A DNA stretch of 64,000 nucleotides from contig CM059432.1 in the NCBI GenBank assembly GCA_030390025.1, positions 29,266,001 to 29,330,000 on the forward strand. The letters run 5' to 3'. The first letter of the stretch is position 1. Each line of letters starts with the position of its first letter. Position numbers and translations under genes: made by a program. This DNA comes from Squalus acanthias. Its lineage: Eukaryota. The notes beneath the pieces were generated by a model that made no database searches, was not told where the DNA came from, and worked only from the letters and a program-made list of their open reading frames with translations. Of this stretch, positions 47,301 to 62,904 are shown piece by piece.

Positions 47301-50300
47301 ATATCATCACTCTGTTCAAAATATCATCTCTCAATGTCCAAAACATCATCTCTCAATGTTCAAAACATCATCTCTCAAAGTTCACAATATCATCTCTCAA
47401 TGTTCAAAATGTGATCTCTCAATGTTCAAAATATCATCTCTCAATGTTCAAAATATCATATCTCAATGTTCACAATATCATCACTCAATGTTCAAAATAT
47501 CATCTCTCAATCTGTTAAAACTCTCATCTTTCAATCTGTTCAAAATCTCAGCACTCAATATTCAAAATAACATCACTCAATGTTCAAAATATCATCTCTC
47601 AATGTTCAAAATATCATCAATGTGGAAAATATCATCAATATTCAAAATAACATCTCTCAATGTTCAAAATATCATCAACGTTCAAAATATCATCTCTCAA
47701 TATTCAAAATATCATCTCTCAATGTTCAAAATATCCTCAATGATCAAAATATCATCGCTCAATGTTCACAATATCATCAATGTTGAAAATATCATCTCTC
47801 AATGTTCAAAATATCATCAAAGTTCAAAATATCATCTCTCAATGTTCAAAATATCATCTCTCAATGTTCAAAATATCAACTCTCAATGTTCAAAATATCA
47901 TTTCTCAATGTTCAAAATATCAACTCCTTAATGTTCACAATATCATTTCTCAATGTTGAAAATATCAACTCTCAATGTTCAAAATGTGATCTCTCAATTT
48001 TCAAAATACCATCTCTCAATGTTCAAAATATCAACTCCTTAATGTTCACAATATCATTTCTCAATGTTGAAAATATCAACTCTCAATGTTCAAAATATCA
48101 TCTCTCAATGTTCAAAATATCATCTTTCTATGTTCAAAATATCACTCAATGTTCAAAATATCATCAATGTGGAAAATATCATCAATGTTCAAAATATCAT
48201 CTCTCAATGTTCAAAATATCATCAACGTTCAAAATATCATCTCTCAATGTTCAAAATGTTATCTCTCAATGTTCAAAATATCCTCAATGATCAAAATATC
48301 ATCTCTCAATGTTCACAATATAATCAATTTGCAAAATATCATCTCTCAATGTTCAAAATATCATCTCTCAAAGTTCACAATATCATCTCTCAATGTTCAA
48401 AATGTGATCTCTCAATGTTCAAAATATCATCTCTCAATGTTCAAAATATCATCTCTCAATGTTCAAAATATCATCTCTCAATGTTCAAAATATCATCTCT
48501 CAATGTTCAAAATATCATCTCTCAATGTTCACAATATCATCACTCAATGTTCAAAATATCATCTCTCAATCTGTTAAAACGCTCATCTTTCAATCTGTTC
48601 AAAATCTCAGCACTCAATATTCAAAATAACATCACTCAATGTTCAAAATATCATCTCTCAATGTTCAAAATATCATCAATGTGGAAAATATCATCAATAT
48701 TCAAAATATCATCTCTCAATGTTCAAAATATCATCAACGTTCAAAATATCATCTCTCAATGTTCAAAATGTTATCTCTCAATGTTCAAAATATCCTCAAT
48801 GATCAAAATATCATCTCTCAATGTTCACAATATAATCAATTTGCAAAATATCATCTCTCAATGTTCAAAATATCATCTCTCAAAGTTCACAATATCATCT
48901 CTCAATGTTCAAAATGTGATCTCTCAATGTTCAAAATATCATCTCTCAATGTTCAAAATATCATCTCTCAATGTTCAAAATATCATCTCTCAATGTTCAA
49001 AATATCATCTCTCAATGTTCAAAATATCATCTCTCAATGTTCACAATATCATCACTCAATGTTCAAAATATCATCTCTCAATCTGTTAAAACGCTCATCT
49101 TTCAATCTGTTCAAAATCTCAGCACTCAATATTCAAAATAACATCACTCAATGTTCAAAATATCATCTCTCAATGTTCAAAATATCATCAATGTGGAAAA
49201 TATCATCAATATTCAAAATAACATCTCTCAATGTTCAAAATATCATCAACGTTCAAAATATCATCTCTCAATGTTCAAAATGTCATCTCTCAATGTTCAA
49301 AATATCCTCAATGATCAAAATATCATCGCTCAATGTTCACAATATCATCAATTTTCCAAATATCATCTCTCAATGTTCAAAATATCATCAAAGTTCAAAA
49401 TATCATCTCTCAATGTTCAAAATATCATCTCTCAATGTTCACAAATCATCTCGCAATGTTTAAAATATCATCTCTCAATGTTCAAAATATCATCACTCAA
49501 TGTTCACAATATCATCACTCAATGTTCAATATATCATCAATGTTCAAAATATCATCACTCAATTTTCTAAAATATAATCTTTCAATGTTCAAAATATCAT
49601 CTCTCAATGTTCAAATTATCATCTCTTAATGTTCACATCATCTCTCAATGTTCAAAATATCAACTCTCAATGTTCAAAATGTCAACTCCTTAATGTTCAC
49701 AATATCATTTCTCAATGTTGAAAATATCATCTCTCAACGTTCAAAATATCATCTCTCAATGTTCAAAATATCATCTTTCAATGTTCAAAATATCACTCAA
49801 TGTTCAAAATATCATCTCTCAATCTGTTAAAAATAACATTACTCAATGTGGAAAATATCATCAATGTGGAAAATATCATCAATGTTCAAAATATCATCTC
49901 TCAATGTTCAAAATATCATCAACGTTCAAAATATCATCTCTCAATGTTCAAAATGTTATCTCTCAATGTTCAAAATATCCTCAATGATCAAAATATCATC
50001 TCTCAATGTTCACAATATCATCAATTTGCAAAATATCATCTCTCAATGTTCAAAATATCATCAAAGTTCAAAATATCATCTCTCAATGTTCAAAACATCA
50101 TCTCTCAAAGTTCACAATATCTTCTCTCAATGTTCAAAATGTGATCTCTCAATGTTCAAAATATCATCTCTCAATGTTCAAAATATCATCTCTCAATGTT
50201 CAAAATATCATCTCTCAATGTTCAAAATATCATCTCTCAATGTTCAAAATATCATCTCTCAATGTTCAAAATATCATCACTCAATGTTCAAAATATCATC

Positions 50301-53300
50301 TCTCAATCTGTTAAAACTCTCATCTCTCAATCTGTTCAATATCTCAGCACTCAATATTCAAAATAACATCACTCAATGTTCAAAATATCATCAATGTGGA
50401 AAATATCATCAATATTCAAAATAACATCTCTCCATGTTCAAAATATCATCAACGTTCAAAATATCGTCTCTCAATGTTCAAAATGTCATCTCTCAATGTT
50501 CAAAATATCCTCAATGATCAAAATATCATCGCTCAATGTTCACAATATCATCAATTTTCCAAATATCATCTCTCAATGTTCAAAATATCATCAAAGTTCA
50601 AAATATCATCTCTCAATGTTCAAAATATCAACTCCTTAATGTTCACAATATCATCTCTCAATGTTGAAAATATCATCTCTGAATGTTCAAAATATCATCT
50701 CTCAATGTTCAAAAAATCATCAATGTTCAAAATATCATCTCACAGTGTTCAAAATTTCATCTCTCAATGTACAAAATATTATCACTCAATGTTCAAAATA
50801 TCATCTTTAAATGGTGAAAATATCATCTCTTAATGTTCACTATCATTTCTCAATGTTGAAAATATCATCTCTCAATGTTCAAAATATCATCACTCAATGT
50901 TAAAAATATCATCTCTCAAAGTTCACAACATCATCTCTCAATGTTCAAAATATCATCTCTCAATGTTCAAAATGTGATCTCTCAATCTTCACAATATCAT
51001 CTCTCAATGTTGAAAATATCATCTTTAAATGTTCAAAATGTCATCTCTTAATGTTCACAATATCATCTCTCAATGTTCCAAATATCATATCTCAATGTTC
51101 ACAATATCTTCTCTCAATGTTCAAAATATCATCAATGTTCAAAATATCATCTCTCAGTGTTCAAAATAGCATAAATGTTCAAAATAACATCAATGTTAAA
51201 AATATCATCTTTCAATGTTCACAATATCATCTCTCAATGTTCAAAATATCATCAATGTTCAAAATGCCATCTCGCAAGGTTCAAAATATCATCAATGTAC
51301 AAAATATCATCTGTCAATGTTCAAAATATCATCAATGTTCAAAATATCATCATTGTTCAAAATATCATCACTCTGTTCAAAATATCATCTCTCAATGTCC
51401 AAAACATCATCTCTCAATGTTCAAAACATCATCTCTCAAAGTTCACAATATCATCTCTCAATGTTCAAAATGTGATCTCTCAATGTTCAAAATATCATCT
51501 CTCAATGTTCAAAATATCATATCTCAATGTTCACAATATCATCACTCAATGTTCAAAATATCATCTCTCAATCTGTTAAAACTCTCATCTTTCAATCTGT
51601 TCAAAATCTCAGCACTCAATATTCAAAATAACATCACTCAATGTTCAAAATATCATCTCTCAATGTTCAAAATATCATCAATGTGGAAAATATCATCAAT
51701 ATTCAAAATAACATCTCTCAATGTTCAAAATATCATCAACGTTCAAAATATCATCTCTCAATATTCAAAATATCATCTCTCAATGTTCAAAATATCCTCA
51801 ATGATCAAAATATCATCGCTCAATGTTCACAATATCATCAATGTTGAAAATATCATCTCTCAATGTTCAAAATATCATCAAAGTTCAAAATATCATCTCT
51901 CAATGTTCAAAATATCATCTCTCAATGTTCAAAATATCAACTCTCAATGTTCAAAATATCATTTCTCAATGTTCAAAATATCAACTCCTTAATGTTCACA
52001 ATATCATTTCTCAATGTTGAAAATATCAACTCTCAATGTTCAAAATGTGATCTCTCAATTTTCAAAATACCATCTCTCAATGTTCAAAATATCAACTCCT
52101 TAATGTTCACAATATCATTTCTCAATGTTGAAAATATCAACTCTCAATGTTCAAAATATCATCTCTCAATGTTCAAAATATCATCTTTCTATGTTCAAAA
52201 TATCACTCAATGTTCAAAATATCATCAATGTGGAAAATATCATCAATGTTCAAAATATCATCTCTCAATGTTCAAAATATCATCAACGTTCAAAATATCA
52301 TCTCTCAATGTTCAAAATGTTATCTCTCAATGTTCAAAATATCCTCAATGATCAAAATATCATCTCTCAATGTTCACAATATAATCAATTTGCAAAATAT
52401 CATCTCTCAATGTTCAAAATATCATCTCTCAAAGTTCACAATATCATCTCTCAATGTTCAAAATGTGATCTCTCAATGTTCAAAATATCATCTCTCAATG
52501 TTCAAAATATCATCTCTCAATGTTCAAAATATCATCTCTCAATGTTCAAAATATCATCTCTCAATGTTCACAATATCATCACTCAATGTTCAAAATATCA
52601 TCTCTCAATCTGTTAAAACGCTCATCTTTCAATCTGTTCAAAATCTCAGCACTCAATATTCAAAATAACATCACTCAATGTTCAAAATATCATCTCTCAA
52701 TGTTCAAAATATCATCAATGTGGAAAATATCATCAATATTCAAAATAACATCTCTCAATGTTCAAAATATCATCAACGTTCAAAATATCATCTCTCAATG
52801 TTCAAAATGTCATCTCTCAATGTTCAAAATATCCTCAATGATCAAAATATCATCGCTCAATGTTCACAATATCATCAATTTTCCAAATATCATCTCTCAA
52901 TGTTCAAAATATCATCAAAGTTCAAAATATCATCTCTCAATGTTCAAAATATCATCTCTCAATGTTCACAAATCATCTCGCAATGTTTAAAATATCATCT
53001 CTCAATGTTCAAAATATCATCACTCAATGTTCACAATATCATCACTCAATGTTCAATATATCATCAATGTTCAAAATATCATCACTCAATTTTCTAAAAT
53101 ATAATCTTTCAATGTTCAAAATATCATCTCTCAATGTTCAAATTATCATCTCTTAATGTTCACATCATCTCTCAATGTTCAAAATATCAACTCTCAATGT
53201 TCAAAATGTGATCTCTCAATTTTCAAAATATCATCTCTCAATGTTCAAAATATCAACTCCTTAATGTTCACAATATCATTTCTCAATGTTGAAAATATCA

Positions 53301-56300
53301 TCTCTCAACGTTCAAAATATCATCTCTCAATGTTCAAAATATCATCTTTCAATGTTCAAAATATCACTCAATGTTCAAAATATCATCTCTCAATCTGTTA
53401 AAAATAACATTACTCAATGTGGAAAATATCATCAATGTTCAAAATATCATCTCTCAATGTTCAAAATATCATCAACGTTCAAAATATCATCTCTCAATGT
53501 TCAAAATGTTATCTCTCAATGTTCAAAATATCCTCAATGATCAAAATATCATCTCTCAATGTTCACAATATCATCAATTTGCAAAATATCATCTCTCAAT
53601 GTTCAAAATATCATCAAAGTTCAAAATATCATCTGTCAATGTTCAAAACATCATCTCTCAAAGTTCACAATATCATCTCTCAATGTTCAAAATGTGATCT
53701 CTCAATGTTCAAAATATCATCTCTCAATGTTCAAAATATCATCTCTCAATGTTCAAAATATCATCTCTCAATGTTCAAAATATCATCTCTCAATGTTCAA
53801 AATATCATCTCTCAATGTTCAAAATATCATCACTCAATGTTCAAAATATCATCTCTCAATCTGTTAAAACTCTCATCTCTCAATCTGTTCAATATTTCAG
53901 CACTCAATATTCAAAATAACATCACTCAATGTTCAAAATATCATCAATGTGGAAAATATCATCAATATTCAAAATAACATCTCTCCATGTTCAAAATATC
54001 ATCAACGTTCAAAATATCGTCTCTCAATGTTCAAAATGTCATCTCTCAATGTTCAAAATATCCTCAATGATCAAAATATCATCGCTCAATGTTCACAATA
54101 TCATCAATTTTCCAAATATCATCTCTCAATGTTCAAAATATCATCAAAGTTCAAAATATCATCTCTCAATGTTCAAAATATCAACTCTCAAGGTTCACAA
54201 ATCATCTCGCAATGTTTAAAATATCATCTTTCAATGTTCAAAATATCATCACTCAATGTTCACAATATCATCACTCAATGTTCAATATATCATCAATGTT
54301 CAAAATATCATCACTCAATGTTCTAAAATATCATCTTTCAATGTTCAAAATATCATCTCTCAATGTTCAAATTATCATCTCTTAATGTTCACATCATCTC
54401 TCAATGTTCAAAATATCATCTCTCAATGTTCAAAATATCAACTCTCAATGTTCAAAATGTGATCTCTCAATTTTCAAAATATCATCTCTCAATGTTCAAA
54501 ATATGAACTCCTTAATGTTCACAATATCATTTCTCAATGTTGAAAATATCATCTCTCAACGTTCAAAATATCATCTCTCAATGTTCAAAATATCATCTTT
54601 CAATGTTCAAAATATCATCTCTCAATGTTCAAAATATCATCTCTCAATGTTCAAAATATCAACTCTCAATGTTCAAAATGTGATCTCTCAATTTTCAAAA
54701 TATCATCTCTCAATGTTCAAAATATCAACTCCTTAATGTTCACAATATCATTTCTCAATGTTGAAAATATCATCTCTCAACGTTCAAAATATCATCTCTC
54801 AATGTTCAAAATATCATCTTTCAATGTTCAAAATATCACTCAATGTTCAAAATATCATCTCTCAATCTGTTAAAAATAACATTACTCAATGTTCAAAATA
54901 TCATCAATGTGGAAAATATCATCAATGTTCAAAATATCATCTCTCAATGTTCAAAATATCATCAACGTTCAAAATATCATCTCTCAATGTTCAAAATGTT
55001 ATCTCTCAATGTTCAAAATATCATCTCTCAATGTTCAAAATATCATATCTCAATGTTCACAATATCATCACTCAATGTTCAAAATATCATCTCTCAATCT
55101 GTTAAAACTCTCATCTTTCAATCTGTTCAAAATCTCAGCACTCAATATTCAAAATAACATCACTCAATGTTCAAAATATCATCTCTCAATGTTCAAAATA
55201 TCATCAATGTGGAAAATATCATCAATATTCAAAATAACATCTCTCAATGTTCAAAATATCATCAACGTTCAAAATATCATCTCTCAATATTCAAAATATC
55301 ATCTCTCAATGTTCAAAATATCCTCAATGATCAAAATATCATCGCTCAATGTTCACAATATCATCAATGTTGAAAATATCATCTCTCAATGTTCAAAATA
55401 TCATCAAAGTTCAAAATATCATCTCTCAATGTTCAAAATATCATCTCTCAATGTTCAAAATATCAACTCTCAATGTTCAAAATATCATTTCTCAATGTTC
55501 AAAATATCAACTCCTTAATGTTCACAATATCATTTCTCAATGTTGAAAATATCAACTCTCAATGTTCAAAATGTGATCTCTCAATTTTCAAAATACCATC
55601 TCTCAATGTTCAAAATATCAACTCCTTAATGTTCACAATATCATTTCTCAATGTTGAAAATATCAACTCTCAATGTTCAAAATATCATCTCTCAATGTTC
55701 AAAATATCATCTTTCTATGTTCAAAATATCACTCAATGTTCAAAATATCATCAATGTGGAAAATATCATCAATGTTCAAAATATCATCTCTCAATGTTCA
55801 AAATATCATCAACGTTCAAAATATCATCTCTCAATGTTCAAAATGTTATCTCTCAATGTTCAAAATATCCTCAATGATCAAAATATCATCTCTCAATGTT
55901 CACAATATAATCAATTTGCAAAATATCATCTCTCAATGTTCAAAATATCATCTCTCAAAGTTCACAATATCATCTCTCAATGTTCAAAATGTGATCTCTC
56001 AATGTTCAAAATATCATCTCTCAATGTTCAAAATATCATCTCTCAATGTTCAAAATATCATCTCTCAATGTTCACAATATCATCACTCAATGTTCAAAAT
56101 ATCATCTCTCAATCTGTTAAAACGCTCATCTTTCAATCTGTTCAAAATCTCAGCACTCAATATTCAAAATAACATCACTCAATGTTCAAAATATCATCTC
56201 TCAATGTTCAAAATATCATCAATGTGGAAAATATCATCAATATTCAAAATAACATCTCTCAATGTTCAAAATATCATCAACGTTCAAAATATCATCTCTC

Positions 56301-59300
56301 AATGTTCAAAATGTCATCTCTCAATGTTCAAAATATCCTCAATGATCAAAATATCATCGCTCAATGTTCACAATATCATCAATTTTCCAAATATCATCTC
56401 TCAATGTTCAAAATATCATCAAAGTTCAAAATATCATCTCTCAATGTTCAAAATATCATCTCTCAATGTTCACAAATCATCTCGCAATGTTTAAAATATC
56501 ATCTCTCAATGTTCAAAATATCATCACTCAATGTTCACAATATCATCACTCAATGTTCAATATATCATCAATGTTCAAAATATCATCACTCAATTTTCTA
56601 AAATATAATCTTTCAATGTTCAAAATATCATCTCTCAATGTTCAAATTATCATCTCTTAATGTTCACATCATCTCTCAATGTTCAAAATATCAACTCTCA
56701 ATGTTCAAAATGTGATCTCTCAATTTTCAAAATATCATCTCTCAATGTTCAAAATATCAACTCCTTAATGTTCACAATATCATTTCTCAATGTTGAAAAT
56801 ATCATCTCTCAACGTTCAAAATATCATCTCTCAATGTTCAAAATATCATCTTTCAATGTTCAAAATATCACTCAATGTTCAAAATATCATCTCTCAATCT
56901 GTTAAAAATAACATTACTCAATGTGGAAAATATCATCAATGTTCAAAATATCATCTCTCAATGTTCAAAATATCATCAACGTTCAAAATATCATCTCTCA
57001 ATGTTCAAAATGTTATCTCTCAATGTTCAAAATATCCTCAATGATCAAAATATCATCTCTCAATGTTCACAATATCATCAATTTGCAAAATATCATCTCT
57101 CAATGTTCAAAATATCATCAAAGTTCAAAATATCATCTCTCAATGTTCAAAACATCATCTCTCAAAGTTCACAATATCATCTCTCAATGTTCAAAATGTG
57201 ATCTCTCAATGTTCAAAATATCATCTCTCAATGTTCAAAATATCATCTCTCAATGTTCAAAATATCATCTCTCAATGTTCAAAATATCATCTCTCAATGT
57301 TCAAAATATCATCTCTCAATGTTCAAAATATCATCACTCAATGTTCAAAATATCATCTCTCAATCTGTTAAAACTCTCATCTCTCAATCTGTTCAATATT
57401 TCAGCACTCAATATTCAAAATAACATCACTCAATGTTCAAAATATCATCAATGTGGAAAATATCATCAATATTCAAAATAACATCTCTCCATGTTCAAAA
57501 TATCATCAACGTTCAAAATATCGTCTCTCAATGTTCAAAATGTCATCTCTCAATGTTCAAAATATCCTCAATGATCAAAATATCATCGCTCAATGTTCAC
57601 AATATCATCAATTTTCCAAATATCATCTCTCAATGTTCAAAATATCATCAAAGTTCAAAATATCATCTCTCAATGTTCAAAATATCAACTCTCAAGGTTC
57701 ACAAATCATCTCGCAATGTTTAAAATATCATCTTTCAATGTTCAAAATATCATCACTCAATGTTCACAATATCATCACTCAATGTTCAATATATCATCAA
57801 TGTTCAAAATATCATCACTCAATGTTCTAAAATATCATCTTTCAATGTTCAAAATATCATCTCTCAATGTTCAAATTATCATCTCTTAATGTTCACATCA
57901 TCTCTCAATGTTCAAAATATCATCTCTCAATGTTCAAAATATCAACTCTCAATGTTCAAAATGTGATCTCTCAATTTTCAAAATATCATCTCTCAATGTT
58001 CAAAATATGAACTCCTTAATGTTCACAATATCATTTCTCAATGTTGAAAATATCATCTCTCAACGTTCAAAATATCATCTCTCAATGTTCAAAATATCAT
58101 CTTTCAATGTTCAAAATATCATCTCTCAATGTTCAAAATATCATCTCTCAATGTTCAAAATATCAACTCTCAATGTTCAAAATGTGATCTCTCAATTTTC
58201 AAAATATCATCTCTCAATGTTCAAAATATCAACTCCTTAATGTTCACAATATCATTTCTCAATGTTGAAAATATCATCTCTCAACGTTCAAAATATCATC
58301 TCTCAATGTTCAAAATATCATCTTTCAATGTTCAAAATATCACTCAATGTTCAAAATATCATCTCTCAATCTGTTAAAAATAACATTACTCAATGTTCAA
58401 AATATCATCAATGTGGAAAATATCATCAATGTTCAAAATATCATCTCTCAATGTTCAAAATATCATCAACGTTCAAAATATCATCTCTCAATGTTCAAAA
58501 TGTTATCTCTCAATGTTCAAAATATCCTCAATGATCAAAATATCATCTCTCAATGTTCACAATATCACTCAATTTGCAAAATATCATCTCTCAATGTTCA
58601 AAATATCATCTCTCAATGTTCAAAATATCATCTCTCAATGTTCAAAATATCATCAATTTGCAAAATATCATCTCTCAATGTTCAAAATATCATCAAAGTT
58701 CAAAATATCATCTCTCAATGTTCAAAATATCATCTCTCAATGTTCACAATATCATCAATGTTCAAAATATCGCTCAATGATCAAAATATCAGCTCTCAAT
58801 GTTCAAAATATCATCAATGTTCAAAATATCATCTCTCAGTGTTCAAAATATCATCTCTCAATGTACAAAATATCATCTCTCAATGTTCACAATATCATCA
58901 ATGTTCAAAATAACGCTCAATGATCAAAATATCAGCTCTCAATGTTCAAAATATCATCAATGTTCAAAATATCATCTCTCAGTGTTCAAAATATCATCTC
59001 TCAATCTGTTAAAAATAACATTACTCAATGTTCAAAATATCATCAATGTGGAAAATATCATCAATGTTCAAAATATCATCTCTCAATGTTCAAAATATCA
59101 TCAACGTTCAAAATATCATCTCTCAATGTTCAAAATGTTATCTCTCAATGTTCAAAATATCCTCAATGATCAAAATATCATCTCTCAATGTTCACAATAT
59201 CATCAATTTGCAAAATATCATCTCTCAATGTTCAAAATATCATCTCTCAATGTTCAAAATATCATCTCTCAATGTTCAAAATATCATCAATTTGCAAAAT

Positions 59301-59695
59301 ATCATCTCTCAATGTTCAAAATATCATCAAAGTTCAAAATATCATCTCTCAATGTTCAAAATATCATCTCTTAATGTTCACAATATCATCAATGTTCAAA
59401 ATATCGCTCAATGATCAAAATATCAGCTCTCAATGTTCAAAATATCATCAATGTTCAAAATATCATCTCTCAGTGTTCAAAATATCATCTCTCAATGTAC
59501 AAAATATTATCACTCAATGTTCAAAATATCATCTTTAAATGGTCAAAATATCATCTCTTAATGTTCACAATATCATTTCTAAATGTTGAAAATATCATCT
59601 CTCAATGTTAAAAATATCATCACTCAATATTCAAAACATCATCTCTCAAAGTTCACAACATCATCTCTCAATGTTTAAAATATCATCTCTCAATG

Positions 59696-60384
59696 GGTAT
59701 TGGTGAGACCGCACCTGGAGTACTGCATACAGTTTTGGTGTCCATACTTAAGAAAAGACATACTTGCTCTCGAGGCAGTACAAAGAAGGTTCACTCGGTT
59801 AATTCCGGGGATGAGGGAGTGGACATACGAGGAGAGATTGAGTAGATTGGGACTCTACTCATTGGAGTTCAGAAGAATGAGAGGCGATCTTATTGAAACA
59901 TATAAGATTGTGAAGGGGCTTGATCGGGTGGGCGTGGTGAGGATGTTCCCAATGATGGGTGAAACTAGAACTAGGGGACATAATCTTAGAATAAGGGGCT
60001 CCTCTTTCAAAACTGAGATGAGGAGAAACTTTTTCACTCAGAGGGTAGTGGGTCTGTGGAATTTGCTACCCCAGGAAGCTGTGGAAGCTACTTCATTAAA
60101 TAAATTTAAAACAGAAATAGACCGTTTCCTAGAAGTAAAGGGAATCAGGGGTTACGGGGAGCGGGCTGGAAATTGGACATGAGTTTGAGTTCGGATCGGT
60201 CAAGGCCCTGTGGGTGGTGGAGCGGGCCCAGGGACTGAGTGGCCTGGTCCTTCTCCTGCTTCTTGTGTTCTTTAGAGTTGAGGTTGGACCAGATCAGCCA
60301 TGATCTCATTGAATGGCGGAGCTGGCTCGAGGGGCCGATTGGTCTACTCCTGCTCCTATTTCTTATGTTCTTATGATCTTATGT
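59696..60384 (+). mobile_element. 5'-truncated CR1 inserted in the satellite (copy A)
   Basis: VRPHLEYCIQFWCPYLRKD...GNWT* plus 3' UTR, with a putative TSD AATG. Confidence 0.95.
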
Positions 60385-62215
60385 AATGTTCAAAATATGA
60401 TCTCTCAATGTTCAAAATAACATCTCTCAATGTTGAAAATATCGACTTTAAATGGTCAAAATATCAACCCTTAATGTTCACAATATCATCTCTCAATGTT
60501 GAAAATATCATCTCTCAATGTTCAAAATATCACATCTCAATGTTCACAATATCATCTCTCAATGTTCAAAATATCATCTCTCAATTTTGAAAATATCATC
60601 TTTAAACGGTCAAAATATCATCTCTTAATGTTCACAATATCATCTCTCAATGTTGAAAATATCATCTCTCAATGTTCAAAATATCATCTCTCAATGTTCA
60701 AAATATCATAAATGTTCAAAATATCATCAATGTTAAAAATATCATCTTTAAAATTTCACAATATCATCTCTCAATGTTCAAAATATCATCAATCTTCAAA
60801 ATGCCATCTCGCAAGGTTCAAAATATCATCAATGTACAAAATATCATCTGTCAATGTTCAAAATATCATCAATGATCAAAATATCATCATTGTTCAAAAT
60901 ATCATCACTCTGTTCAAAATATCATCTCTCAATGTTCAAAACATCATCTCTCAAAGTTCACAATATCATCTCTCAATGTTCAAAATGTGATCTCTCTGTT
61001 CAAAATGTCATCTCTCAATGTTCAAAATATCATCTCTCAATGTTCAAAATGTGATCTCTCAATGTTCAAAATATCATATCTCAATGTTCACAATATCATC
61101 ACTCAATGTTCAAAATATCATCACTCAATCTTCAAAATATCATCTCTCAATCTGTTAAAACTCTCATCTTTCAATCTGTTCAAAATCTCAGAACTCAATA
61201 TTCAAAATAACATCACTCAATGTTCAAAATATCATCTCTCAATGTTCAAAATATCATCAATGAGGAAAATATCATCAATGTTCAAAATAACATCTCTCAA
61301 TGTTCAAAATATCACCAATGTTCAAAATATCATCTATCAATGTTCAAAATGTCATCTCTCAATGTTCAAAATATCCTCAATGAGCAAATTATCATCGCTC
61401 AATGTTCACAATATCATCAATTTTCCAAATATCATATCTCAATGTTCAAAATATCATCAAAGTTCAAAATATCATCTCTCCATGTTCAAAATATCATCAC
61501 TCAATGTTCACAATATCATCTCTCAATGTTCAAAATATCATCTCTTAATGTTCACATCATCACTCAATGTACAAAATATCATCTCTCAATGTTCAAAATA
61601 TCATCTCTCAATGTTCAAAATATCAACTCTCAATGTTCAATATGTGATCTCTCAATTTTCAAAATATCATCTCTCAATGTTCAAAATATCATCTGTCAAT
61701 GTTCACAATATCATTTCTCAATGTTCAAAATATCATCAATGTTCAAAATATCATCACTCAATGTTCAAAATATCATTTCTCAATGTTCAAAATATCAGCA
61801 ATGTTAAAAATATCATCACTCTGTTCAAAATATCATCTCTCAATGTTCAAAATATCATCTCTCAATGTTCAAAATATCATCTCTCAATGTTGAAAACATC
61901 ATTTCTCAATGTTCAAAACATCATCTCTCAAAGTTCAAAATATCATCTCTCAATGTACAAAATATCATCTCTCAATGTTAAAAATATCATCAATGTTCCA
62001 AATATCATCTCTCAATGTACAAAATATTATCACTCAATGTTCAAAATATCATCTTTAAATGGTCAAAATATCATCTCTTAATGTTCACAATATCATTTCT
62101 AAATGTTGAAAATATCATCTCTCAATGTTAAAAATATCATCACTCAATATTCAAAACATCATCTCTCAAAGTTCACAACATCATCTCTCAATGTTCAAAA
62201 TATCATCTCTCAATG

Positions 62216-62904
62216 GGTATTGGTGAGACCGCACCTGGAGTACTGCATACAGTTTTGGTGTCCATACTTAAGAAAAGACATACTTGCTCTCGAGGCAGTA
62301 CAAAGAAGGTTCACTCGGTTAATTCCGGGGATGAGGGAGTGGACATACGAGGAGAGATTGAGTAGATTGGGACTCTACTCATTGGAGTTCAGAAGAATGA
62401 GAGGCGATCTTATTGAAACATATAAGATTGTGAAGGGGCTTGATCGGGTGGGCGTGGTGAGGATGTTCCCAATGATGGGTGAAACTAGAACTAGGGGACA
62501 TAATCTTAGAATAAGGGGCTCCTCTTTCAAAACTGAGATGAGGAGAAACTTTTTCACTCAGAGGGTAGTGGGTCTGTGGAATTTGCTACCCCAGGAAGCT
62601 GTGGAAGCTACTTCATTAAATAAATTTAAAACAGAAATAGACCGTTTCCTAGAAGTAAAGGGAATCAGGGGTTACGGGGAGCGGGCTGGAAATTGGACAT
62701 GAGTTTGAGTTCGGATCGGTCAAGGCCCTGTGGGTGGTGGAGCGGGCCCAGGGACTGAGTGGCCTGGTCCTTCTCCTGCTTCTTGTGTTCTTTAGAGTTG
62801 AGGTTGGACCAGATCAGCCATGATCTCATTGAATGGCGGAGCAGGCTCGAGGGGCCGATTGGTCTACTCCTGCTCCTATTTCTTATGTTCTTATGATCTT
62901 ATGT
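62216..62904 (+). mobile_element. 5'-truncated CR1 in the satellite (copy B, duplicate of A)
   Basis: Same junctions and near-identical sequence, exactly 2520 bp downstream. Confidence 0.95.

Noticed and set aside
62103..62702. 199-aa satellite-CR1 fusion ORF
   Set aside because: Chance in-frame read-through from stop-free satellite into a truncated CR1. In the sister copy the upstream frame is closed by a stop.
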